From positions 1,184 through 65,183 of the forward strand of contig CALWZU010000026.1 in NCBI GenBank assembly GCA_944386095.1: a stretch of DNA of 64,000 bases, given 5' to 3'. Source of the stretch: an uncultured Clostridia bacterium. Its GTDB lineage: Bacteria > Bacillota > Clostridia > Peptostreptococcales > Anaerovoracaceae. Positions 55,901 through 64,000 of the stretch are shown one piece after another (position 1 is the first letter of the stretch; every line of letters begins with the position of its first letter). Position numbers and translations under genes: made by a program. Under the pieces are notes generated by a model, which was not told the origin of the DNA, ran no database searches, and saw only the letters and a program-made list of their open reading frames with translations.

Positions 55901-56839
55901 TTATGTTTTCCCCAAAGGCCGGCAAAGGAGAAAATGGTGCAGATCCCGGAATTCTCTGCTCTGACAGATCACCCTGCCGGTTTTTAAATCATAACGGGTC
56001 AGCCTTCCGGACATGTGATCCCCTACCGTCAGAGCGCCTTCTTCTTCTCCCTCCCAGGCTACAGAGCAGGGAAACATCCCTGTCTCAAGCCGCAGCCGGA
56101 TCTCTCCTTTTTCGGCGTCGATCCCGTAAACACAGCCAAAGCCTCCATCGCAGACATATATGGTATTTTCCTCCTCTCCCAGGCACAGATCCGTCAGATA
56201 GCTTCCCAGCCTGAAGCTTTTGATCTCCTTGCAGCTTTTCATATCCACCACAACGATCCGCCCCTCTCCAAACCGGTCTGTCCGGCAGCCCGCCCCGTAT
56301 AAAAACCGTTCCTGCCGGTCCTTTTTCATATGCAAAACCGATCCGCTCAGAGGTATCGATCCGATTTTTCGATTTTGGGCCGCATCGATCACACCGATGC
56401 TGTTTTGCCCGCTTTCCGCTACGAAAACCAGACCCCTTTCCCCGGAAAAACAAATATCATGGGGCATCCTGCCCACCGGTATCTGAAACAGGGGCTGCAA
56501 GGTGCTTCCATGCAAAACGGAAACGCTGTCCGAGTCGTAATTGGTCACATACAGATTTCCGCCGCTTCCGGAAAGGACCAGATGACAGGGTGTAGCGCCA
56601 ACCGAGGCGGCGGCGCTGATCCTTCCCCTCAGACAGTCTATGGCGCAAACCCTTCCCTCATAGGAATCGGCGGCATAAAGAAGCTGCCTGTTGCCGCAGA
56701 CAGCAAGTCCGTGGGGGCCTGAAAAAGCCTGCCCGCTCAGATTCAGACGTTCCTTCAGGGTCTTACGGTCTAAAAAGGAAAAGCCGCCTTCTCCCGTATT
56801 AGCGGTGATGATGGATCCTCTTAAAAGCGCAAAACCCAT
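55901..56839 (-). CDS. YncE/YVTN-family beta-propeller repeat protein
   Basis: LYVTNYDSDSVSVL, LVFVAESGQNSIGVID. The ATG at 56839 follows GAAGGGGGTGGG; the track ORF extends to 56920. Confidence 0.75.
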   Translation of the reverse strand: MGFALLRGSIITANTGEGGFSFLDRKTLKERLNLSGQAFSGPHGLAVCGNRQLLYAADSYEGRVCAIDCLRGRISAAASVGATPCHLVLSGSGGNLYVTNYDSDSVSVLHGSTLQPLFQIPVGRMPHDICFSGERGLVFVAESGQNSIGVIDAAQNRKIGSIPLSGSVLHMKKDRQERFLYGAGCRTDRFGEGRIVVVDMKSCKEIKSFRLGSYLTDLCLGEEENTIYVCDGGFGCVYGIDAEKGEIRLRLETGMFPCSVAWEGEEEGALTVGDHMSGRLTRYDLKTGRVICQSREFRDLHHFLLCRPLGKT

Positions 56840-56910
56840 AGACCTGCCCACCCCCTTCACACTTGAATAATAGCATGATATGTGAAAAAGGCGGCAATGG
56901 TGATTGAAAA

Positions 56911-57831
56911 TCAGGTCCACAAATTCCCCGGCATATCATTGGCCAGGGTATTGATCCTCAGCCTTCGGGGAAGAATGGTAATGTCCAGAGGGAAATCCGG
57001 CCCCTTTTCTCCGTCGATATCCGTTCCCACGCTGGATTGGCACTCGATCCTGATCTGATCAGTCTGGAAAAAATGCACGTAAGGGCTTTCTATGTGCTCG
57101 CCTCTGAGAACGCTGAGCAAAAGCCCCATGATCTCTATAACCGGGCAGGCCTTGAAAACGATCACATCAAATTTACCATCGTTTACACAGGCCTTTGGCG
57201 CGATCCGTTTAAAGCCTCCTGCGGAGCTTCCGTTCATGATCAGCATGAATAAAATATCTTCGCTGAAGGTAAATTCCTTACAGGTGATCTGCACTCTGAT
57301 GGGCTTCATGTTGGGAAGCTCCCCAAGGCCGCGGATGTAATAGGAAAGCATACCCAGAGAGTTTTTCAGATTCGGATCGGTTTTCTGGCTGACATCGATC
57401 AGAAAGCCAAGGCTGGCCACGTTGATAAAATACTTTTGATTGATCATCCCTACGTCGCTGTAGGTATAATGATCCCCAAGGGCCAGGGAAATCATATCGT
57501 CAAGCCGCGTGGGAATGCTGAAATAATGAGCGAAATCATTGGCCGTTCCGTTTGGAAAGATCGCAAGGGGCACCTGATCATAGCCCGCCTTCATCAGGGC
57601 GTTGATACAGATATCTATGGTCCCGTCCCCGCCGGATACGATGATTTTTTTTACGCTTTCCCTGTCAAAGTCCTCCAGCATGGCCACGATTTTTTCCGGA
57701 TTTTCGATTTTATAGGGAATCACCATCATGTCTTTTTCCTGAAAGCGTTCTATGACCTTGTCCAGATGATTCTTAAAGGTTCCGTCCCCTGCGTGGCTGT
57801 TATAAAGCAAAATCACCTTGTTCTTTTTCAT
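56911..57831 (-). CDS. YegS/BmrU-family diacylglycerol/lipid kinase
   Basis: MKKNKVILLYNSHAG...IIVSGGDGTI...FPNGTANDF. Confidence 0.85.
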   Translation of the reverse strand: MKKNKVILLYNSHAGDGTFKNHLDKVIERFQEKDMMVIPYKIENPEKIVAMLEDFDRESVKKIIVSGGDGTIDICINALMKAGYDQVPLAIFPNGTANDFAHYFSIPTRLDDMISLALGDHYTYSDVGMINQKYFINVASLGFLIDVSQKTDPNLKNSLGMLSYYIRGLGELPNMKPIRVQITCKEFTFSEDILFMLIMNGSSAGGFKRIAPKACVNDGKFDVIVFKACPVIEIMGLLLSVLRGEHIESPYVHFFQTDQIRIECQSSVGTDIDGEKGPDFPLDITILPRRLRINTLANDMPGNLWT

Positions 57832-57890
57832 AACCCGTTTCCCTTTCGCCTTTCCTTCAGCTTCCGCCATCCTTTTTCCGGCGGCTGATT

Positions 57891-59249
57891 TTATTTTTTC
57901 CCAAGCATCCTTCGGATATGTCCCACAAGATATAAAGAGCCCGTATAAACGACGGCTTCATAGGGCTTTCCTTTTTCCTCCTCTTCCCTTATCAGGGCCA
58001 GAGAGGTTTCCACCGCCTCCTCACAGGAAGGACATTGCCTGATCCATCCCTTTACGCCCACTTTCCCGAAAACCTCTCCCAGCGCCTTTGCCGGCAGTTT
58101 TCTGGGGCTGTCCGGCTCTGTCAGGATGAAATCCGTCCCGATCCGCCTCAGCTCCCGGGCGATGGCGCCGGCATCCTTATCCATCAGGATCCCCGCCACC
58201 ACCAGCACCCTTTTTCCCCGGACCCAGGGCAAAAGGGTATCGCAAAGCGCCCCGGCGCTTTCCGGATTATGAGCCCCATCCACGACCATCCAGGGCTTTT
58301 CTCCGAGGATCTCTATCCTTGCCGGCTGTCTGGCTTCCTTCAGGCCCTTTAGGCAGGCCTCCTGCGGCAGGCTGATCCCGCAGCGGCAGGAAAGCAGCTC
58401 AAGGATCCGCAAAGCGCAAAGGGCGTTTCGGATCTGATGGCTGCCGCACATGGAAATGGAAATCTCCTTTCCAAAGACCGCCTGATCCCTTTTTTCAGAA
58501 AATGTAAAAACGCTTCCCGAAAGGCTTTGGGAAAGGATTTGCACCTCCAGCTCCGACACATCATAAAAAGGCGCTTTTCGAAGGGCGCATATTTCCCGGA
58601 TCGCAGCCTTTGCGGCGGCGTCCCTTACGGCGCTTACCACCGGACGCCCTTCCTTGACGATGCCCGCCTTTTCCCTTGCAATGCTTTCCAGACTATCTCC
58701 CAGATATTCCGTATGATCCCGGGATATACTGGTAATGGCGCAAATCAGGGGCTCATCGATCACATTGGTGGCGTCCGCCCTGCCCCCAAGGCCCACTTCC
58801 AAAACGACAAAATCCGCCCTTTGCTCTTTAAAATAACAAAGGGCAATGGCCGTAACCACTTCGAATTCCGTGGGAGATTCCTTTCCCTGGGCAACCATTT
58901 TTTCCGCCTGGCCGATGACCCTCTCCGCTATGGGAAAAAGATCCTTGCCTTCGATGGGCTTCCCGGAAAGCTCGATTCGCTCCGTAAAGGATTCCAGATA
59001 GGGCGAGGTAAAAAGCCCCGCCCGGTAGCCGCAGGCCAAAAGCGCGCTGTATACATACCGGCATACCGAGCCCTTACCGTTGGTACCCGCCACATGGATC
59101 ACCCTAAGACCCTTTTGGGGCTCTCCCAAAAGCCGAAGAAGCTCCGATATCCTTTCCAGTCCCGGCTTGCTGCCAAAACGGTTATAGGCTTCGATTTTTT
59201 TGATCGCCTGCCCCAGCATATCCTGTTCCTGCATATTATCTTTCAACAT
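57891..59249 (-). CDS. folC: folylpolyglutamate synthase / dihydrofolate synthase
   Basis: HVAGTNGKGS, EVGLGGRADATN, DGAHNPESA. Confidence 0.9.
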   Translation of the reverse strand: MLKDNMQEQDMLGQAIKKIEAYNRFGSKPGLERISELLRLLGEPQKGLRVIHVAGTNGKGSVCRYVYSALLACGYRAGLFTSPYLESFTERIELSGKPIEGKDLFPIAERVIGQAEKMVAQGKESPTEFEVVTAIALCYFKEQRADFVVLEVGLGGRADATNVIDEPLICAITSISRDHTEYLGDSLESIAREKAGIVKEGRPVVSAVRDAAAKAAIREICALRKAPFYDVSELEVQILSQSLSGSVFTFSEKRDQAVFGKEISISMCGSHQIRNALCALRILELLSCRCGISLPQEACLKGLKEARQPARIEILGEKPWMVVDGAHNPESAGALCDTLLPWVRGKRVLVVAGILMDKDAGAIARELRRIGTDFILTEPDSPRKLPAKALGEVFGKVGVKGWIRQCPSCEEAVETSLALIREEEEKGKPYEAVVYTGSLYLVGHIRRMLGKK

Positions 59250-59292
59250 TCCTCTCTGCCTTTGTCAAGGCGGTCATTTTCAGGCTCGTTGA

Positions 59293-61983
59293 TCAGGAAA
59301 GCTTGGCGAGCACCTGACTCAGCCGGCCTTCCACCTTTTCCAGCATTTCCTGATATCCTGCCAGCTTTTCTTTTTCCTCCGCCACGATCTTTTCCGGCGC
59401 CTTGCTCACAAATCCCTGGTTGGACAGTTTGCCCTCCAGCCTTTTTACCTCTTTGTCAAGCCTTTGCCGTTCCTTTTCCAGCCTTTCTTTTTCGGCCTGG
59501 TAGTCCAGAAGATCATCAAGCGGAATAAAGATTTCCGCCCCGGGCACCACAGCCGACATGACCTCCCCGGGAACCTCCTCCCTGCGGCTGGTATAGGTAA
59601 TATGGGTTATATTCGCAAGGGAGCAGATATATCTCTGATCTTCCTTTAGAATTTCAAGAGTCTCTCCCTGTGCCAGTATAAAGGCCGTCAGCTTTCTGGA
59701 GGGCAGAGCGCCCGCCTCCGCCCGGATGTTTCTGATGCTTCTGACCGCCTCCATGGCCATCTCGATTTTTTCCGCAGCCCGGGGATTTTCCAAAGCCCTG
59801 TCATAAACCGGCCAGCTGCTTTGAATCAGCATGCCTTCTTTTTCCGCCCCCGGCAGGAAGCTCCAGATCTCTTCCGTAATAAAAGGCATAAACGGATGCA
59901 ACAGCTTAAGCATGTCCCTCATGACCCTTGTCAAGGTATAGACCGCCGTTTCCCGGTCGGGGCCGTCTTCTCCGTAAAGGCGGCTCTTTACTATTTCGAT
60001 GTACCAGTCGCAGTATTCGTTCCAGATAAAATCATATATCCTCTGTCCTGCAAGGGAAAGCTCGAATTTTTCAAGATTTGCCGTAACCTCTGAAACTACC
60101 TGGTTGATCCTGTGCAGGATCCACTGATCCTCCCCTTTGATATGGGCCAAAGCCTGGTCAGGAGCAATGCCTTTGGCGTCCTGGGCGTTCATCAGCACAA
60201 AACGGGAAGCGTTCCATAGCTTATTGGCAAAATTCCTGGCGGATTCGATCTTTTCGATCTGAAAGCGCATGTCGTTGCCCGGCGTTATGCCGGTCATCAG
60301 CATGAAACGCAGAGCGTCCGCCCCGTAGCGGTCGATCATTTCCAAAGGATCGATCCCGTTTCCAAGGGATTTGCTCATTTTTCTGCCCTGGGCGTCCCGC
60401 ACCAGCCCGTGAACATAAACATAGCGGAAGGGTACCTCTCCCATGGTATAAAGACTGGAAAAGACCATTCTGACCACCCAGAAAAAGATGATGTCATAGC
60501 CGGTCACCAAAACATCGGTGGGATAAAAATATTTCAGCTCCTGGGTCTCTTCCGGCCAGCCCAAAGTGGAAAAAGGCCACAGTCCTGAGCTAAACCAGGT
60601 ATCCAGCACATCCTCATCCTGGTGGATGTGGCTGCCGCCGCATTTTTCGCAGACCTTCGGCGCGGATTCCTCTACCATCAAATGGCCGCAGTCTTCACAA
60701 TAATAAGCCGGGATCCGGTGTCCCCACCACAGCTGTCTGGAAATGCACCAGTCCTTGATGTTTTCCAGCCAATGCATGTAGATTTTCTCAAAGCGTTCGG
60801 GTACATGGATCAGGTCGCCTTTTCGGGCCGCTTCCATGGCGGGCCCTGCCAAAGGCTCCATTTTCACAAACCACTGGTCAGACAGCATGGGCTCCACTAC
60901 CGTGCCGCAGCGATAACAGCCGCCTACGGGAATGGTCATATCCTCTACCTTTACAAGATGACCGGATTGCTCCATATCCTTTACAAATCTCTTTCTGCAC
61001 TCGTATCTGTCAAGGCCCTGATATTCTCCGGCAAGCTCCGTCATTTTCCCTTCAAAATCAATGCACACAAGCTGCTGGAGCTGATGCCGCTGTCCTACCT
61101 CAAAGTCGTTGGGGTCATGGGCGGGGGTGATTTTTACCGCGCCGGTTCCCTTTGTCATGTCCGGATAGGTATCGGTGATAAGCTTTACGGCTCTGTTGGT
61201 TCCGGGCACCAGGAATTCCTTTCCAACCAGGCTCTGATACCGCTGATCCTCCGGGTGAACGGCGATGGCCGTATCGGCGAAAATGGTTTCGGGACGGGAT
61301 GTGGCCACCACGATGCTGTCTCCGCTTCCATCCTTTGCGTCATAGCGAACATAATAATATTTTCCCTGCTTGTCCTCATGCTCTACTTCCGCATCGGAAA
61401 GAGTGGTGTGGCAGCTGGGGCACCAGTTGATGAGGCGGTTTCCTCTGTAAATCAGGCCCTTTTTATACAGATCGACAAAAAAGCGGGTAACCGCTTTATT
61501 GCAGCCCTCATCCATGGTAAAACGCTCTCTTGACCAATCGCAGGAATTGCCCAGCTTCCTGACCTGTTTTGTGATCCTGCCTCCATATTCCTTTTTCCAG
61601 GCCCAGGCTCTTTCCAAAAAAGCTTCTCTGCCCAGCTCTTCCTTGGTTTTGCCCTCCTCCTGGCGGATTTTATCCACCACCTTCACTTCCGTGGCGATGC
61701 TGGCGTGATCCGTTCCCGGCAGCCACAGGGCGCTATAGCCCTGCATCCGCTTCCATCTTGTGAGCACGTCCTGAAGGGTCTGATCCAGAGCATGTCCCAT
61801 ATGCAGCTGTCCCGTGATATTGGGCGGGGGCATAACGATGGTAAAGGGCTTTTTCGTTTTGTCTATCTCAGCTCGAAAGCATCCGTTTTTTTCCCATTTT
61901 TCGTAAATTCGATCTTCAAATTCCTTCGGATCATATGTTTTTGCTAACAAACCCAGTTCACTCCTTCTTTTGGCAATCCTCAT
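59293..61983 (-). CDS. valS: valine--tRNA ligase
   Basis: PPPNITGQLHMGHAL (HIGH), KMSKSLGN, and a C-terminal coiled coil. An alternative TTG start at 61950 follows AAGGAG. Confidence 0.95.
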   Translation of the reverse strand: MRIAKRRSELGLLAKTYDPKEFEDRIYEKWEKNGCFRAEIDKTKKPFTIVMPPPNITGQLHMGHALDQTLQDVLTRWKRMQGYSALWLPGTDHASIATEVKVVDKIRQEEGKTKEELGREAFLERAWAWKKEYGGRITKQVRKLGNSCDWSRERFTMDEGCNKAVTRFFVDLYKKGLIYRGNRLINWCPSCHTTLSDAEVEHEDKQGKYYYVRYDAKDGSGDSIVVATSRPETIFADTAIAVHPEDQRYQSLVGKEFLVPGTNRAVKLITDTYPDMTKGTGAVKITPAHDPNDFEVGQRHQLQQLVCIDFEGKMTELAGEYQGLDRYECRKRFVKDMEQSGHLVKVEDMTIPVGGCYRCGTVVEPMLSDQWFVKMEPLAGPAMEAARKGDLIHVPERFEKIYMHWLENIKDWCISRQLWWGHRIPAYYCEDCGHLMVEESAPKVCEKCGGSHIHQDEDVLDTWFSSGLWPFSTLGWPEETQELKYFYPTDVLVTGYDIIFFWVVRMVFSSLYTMGEVPFRYVYVHGLVRDAQGRKMSKSLGNGIDPLEMIDRYGADALRFMLMTGITPGNDMRFQIEKIESARNFANKLWNASRFVLMNAQDAKGIAPDQALAHIKGEDQWILHRINQVVSEVTANLEKFELSLAGQRIYDFIWNEYCDWYIEIVKSRLYGEDGPDRETAVYTLTRVMRDMLKLLHPFMPFITEEIWSFLPGAEKEGMLIQSSWPVYDRALENPRAAEKIEMAMEAVRSIRNIRAEAGALPSRKLTAFILAQGETLEILKEDQRYICSLANITHITYTSRREEVPGEVMSAVVPGAEIFIPLDDLLDYQAEKERLEKERQRLDKEVKRLEGKLSNQGFVSKAPEKIVAEEKEKLAGYQEMLEKVEGRLSQVLAKLS

Positions 61984-61997
61984 TCCAATATGGTAGA

Positions 61998-63614
61998 TTA
62001 TATATCATTCTCCTCTTTCCAGTCAAACAGGTTATCTCTTCCCAAAAGCCCTTTGGGATCAAAAATCCCTTTCATCCCCCGCATCTGTCCTACATACTGG
62101 GCGCCGTACATGGTAATCAGATACGCCTTTTTCAGCTTTCCCACTCCATGCTCCGCGCTGACGCTTCCGTTCCATGCCGCCACCATGCCGGCCCACTTTC
62201 CAAACAGCGCCTTGCCCCGGGCATATTCCTCCTCGCTTTGACTGATAATATTCACATGAAGATGGTTATTGCCAATATGACCGAACATCACATACCGAAA
62301 GCCTCCTTTTTCCAGATCCCTTCTGTACATGCGCACCACATCCTCCAGCCGGTCGTCCCTGACGGACATATCGCTTCCCAGCTTTGTAATATTCAGCCCC
62401 TGCTGTTTTTTCTGGCTGATCAGCCGGTTGACACATTCCGGCGTGGCATGTCTTAACTGCTTAAAGCTTTGGAAATCGATATCGTTCATAGCGACCCATG
62501 TATCCTCCTGCCTTCCGCCGGCCTCCTGGATACAAGAGCCGACCTGCTCCAGGGACCGCAGGATCTCTTCCTTGCTTTCTCCTCTTATCTCCACAAAAAC
62601 CGCTTCCTGGAAGGAAGGCTCGATACAGGGAGCGGACAGGCTGGCAGGGTCTTCCTCCTTCCGGTCTCTCAGCAGCGCAAGAGAGCCCTTATCAAAATAT
62701 TCTATGGAAAGAAGCTTGCGCCGCAAAGCCGGACAGTCCCGCAAAATCCGGGAAAATCCCACGCCCTTTCCAAGGCCTGCCTTTCCTTCTCCTTCAAAAA
62801 AGGCCACAAGCCCCCAAATTTCCTTTGGCTTTGGAATCAGCCGCAGCTGGGCCTCCACGATAATTCCCAGGGTGCCCTCGGAGCCGATAAACAGATCGAT
62901 CAGATCCATGCGGCTGTTCACAAAATAGCCTGCCGCGTTTTTTACAGCGGGCATCAAATAAAAGGGCAGCTTCCCGGCAAACACGCTCTCTTCGTCGGTC
63001 TTTAAGTAAAAATCTCTGCCCTTTGCGAAATAAAAGCCTCTTGGGATATCCAGCGCGCTTCCGTCGGCAAACACCACTTTGATCCGTTGCACATAGTTTC
63101 TTACAGGGCCATAGCAGTAGGTTCTAGCCCCGGAAGAATTACAGGCGATCATGCCCCCTGCCGAAGCGGTCGTTTCCGTAGGATCTGGAGGAAAAAAGAA
63201 CCGGTCCCCGGTCTTGGCTCTTACAAAGGCCTCAATCTCTTTTAAGGTCACGCCGCTTTGTACGACAACGCTCCGTTCTTCTTCATAGGGGCCTTCATGA
63301 TAGCGGCGCCCCTCCCGGGTTTCCCCTCCGCCCTCTCCCATTTTTATCCCCTTCATTCTCTCCAGGCTCATCACATGCCCCCCAAGGGGCACCGCCCCGC
63401 CGCCTACTCCGGTTCGGGAGCCCTGGACCGTCACGGTGATATCATGGGCGAAGCAATATTTCATGATTTGACTGATTTCCTCCTGACTTGCAGGAAAGGA
63501 TATGCTTTCTCCAAATCCGGTTTTACGGGACTCATCCCGCAGATATTCTTCATAATCCTCTGTCAAAGGCCGTATCAGCCGATTTATATTCCCTTTTTCC
63601 ATTTTCTTCCTCAC
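61998..63614 (-). CDS. FAD-binding oxidoreductase (GlcD / D-lactate dehydrogenase-like, FAD_binding_4)
   Basis: VTVQGSRTGVGGGAVP, SGARTYCYG, and C-terminal GSVSAEHGVGKLK...DPKGLL. Confidence 0.8.
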   Translation of the reverse strand: MRKKMEKGNINRLIRPLTEDYEEYLRDESRKTGFGESISFPASQEEISQIMKYCFAHDITVTVQGSRTGVGGGAVPLGGHVMSLERMKGIKMGEGGGETREGRRYHEGPYEEERSVVVQSGVTLKEIEAFVRAKTGDRFFFPPDPTETTASAGGMIACNSSGARTYCYGPVRNYVQRIKVVFADGSALDIPRGFYFAKGRDFYLKTDEESVFAGKLPFYLMPAVKNAAGYFVNSRMDLIDLFIGSEGTLGIIVEAQLRLIPKPKEIWGLVAFFEGEGKAGLGKGVGFSRILRDCPALRRKLLSIEYFDKGSLALLRDRKEEDPASLSAPCIEPSFQEAVFVEIRGESKEEILRSLEQVGSCIQEAGGRQEDTWVAMNDIDFQSFKQLRHATPECVNRLISQKKQQGLNITKLGSDMSVRDDRLEDVVRMYRRDLEKGGFRYVMFGHIGNNHLHVNIISQSEEEYARGKALFGKWAGMVAAWNGSVSAEHGVGKLKKAYLITMYGAQYVGQMRGMKGIFDPKGLLGRDNLFDWKEENDI

Positions 63615-63644
63615 TGCAATATCCTTTTGTCATCCCTTCCATCC

Positions 63645-64000
63645 CTAAAGGGTTATGTTCTGGCGCTCCTTTATATGTTTCAGAAAGCTGCGTCTGTGAA
63701 TGGGGCAGATCCCCTGCTGGCGTATGCCCTGATAATGGGCCTTGGTTCCGTAGCCCTTATTGTCTCCAAAGCCGTATCCCGGATAGAGCCTGTCATAATC
63801 AAACATCAGCCTGTCCCTTGTTACCTTGGCCACAATGGATGCCGCCGCTATACTGTAGCTTTTCTGATCCCCCTTGATGATGGCGCTTTGAGGAACATCC
63901 ATCTCCTCCAGGCTGACTGCGTCGATGAGCAGATGCTCCACCGGCGTTTTTTCTCTGAGCTTTTCTACCGCCGTTTTCATGGCAAGGCGCGTGGCCTGAA
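63645..64000 (-). CDS. rnhB: ribonuclease HII (3' part; 5' end lies beyond the right edge)
   Basis: [25 protein letters not shown]...[17 protein letters not shown]...CPIHRRSF. The frame is open to the window edge. Confidence 0.85.
   Translation of the reverse strand, partial: QATRLAMKTAVEKLREKTPVEHLLIDAVSLEEMDVPQSAIIKGDQKSYSIAAASIVAKVTRDRLMFDYDRLYPGYGFGDNKGYGTKAHYQGIRQQGICPIHRRSFLKHIKERQNITL

Noticed and set aside
1-64000. A mobile element, prophage, genomic island or defence-system signature anywhere in the window.
   Set aside because: No integrase, transposase, recombinase, phage structural gene, restriction-modification gene, toxin-antitoxin gene, nuclease or NTPase of unknown type, flanking direct repeat or tRNA target was seen. 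Composition and coding style look uniform throughout.

Overview
This 64-kb window looks like ordinary core chromosome from a spore-forming Clostridia-type Firmicute. That placement is an inference from SpoIVA, YlbJ, an alpha/beta SASP, a SleC-like cortex lytic enzyme and Firmicute gene order; a Lachnospiraceae-like organism is a guess. About 60 protein genes are packed tightly, and roughly five in six are on the minus strand. That bias fits a leading-strand housekeeping region. Recognisable blocks, in minus-strand transcription order: rnhB-FAD oxidoreductase-valS-folC-dagK; plsX-rnc-smc-ftsY-der-plsY-gpsA-spoIVA; yggS-sepF-yggT-divIVA-lspA-rluD; dapF; yicC-remA-gmk-rpoZ-priA-def-fmt-Zn peptidase-rsmB-stp-prkC-rsgA-rpe-thiN; asp23-like/recG; rsmD-coaD; ylbJ-tmcAL; ackA-yceD-rpmF. 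Plus-strand genes are a TetR regulator, rpmB, rqcH, a ThrE-type exporter pair, a 2-hydroxyacid dehydrogenase, a PdaB-like deacetylase and a SleC-like pair. By eye I found no rRNA, tRNA, CRISPR array, transposase, integrase, prophage or recognisable defence genes. I do not see a convincing novel multi-gene system and will not claim one. The points most worth a second look are:
- Three conserved genes are broken as sequenced: ackA has an in-frame TAG, sepF is frameshifted at an A8 run, and the asp23-like ORF runs 275 nt into recG past an A7 run. Base-call or homopolymer error is the leading explanation, with real nonsense or slippage the alternative.
- FtsY has a C-terminal acidic tail of about 150 aa that ends in an E. 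coli-like amphipathic motif.
- A SleC-like zymogen appears split into separate prodomain-like and catalytic ORFs.
- Three DMT/EamA transporter paralogs sit in tandem.
- An orphan strong terminator hairpin lies between the divergent dapF and rqcH genes, with a candidate 20-codon micro-ORF beside it.
- Two small genes are either missed by the 60-aa ORF cut-off or uncharacterised.
All promoter and terminator calls come from consensus and hairpin reading only.
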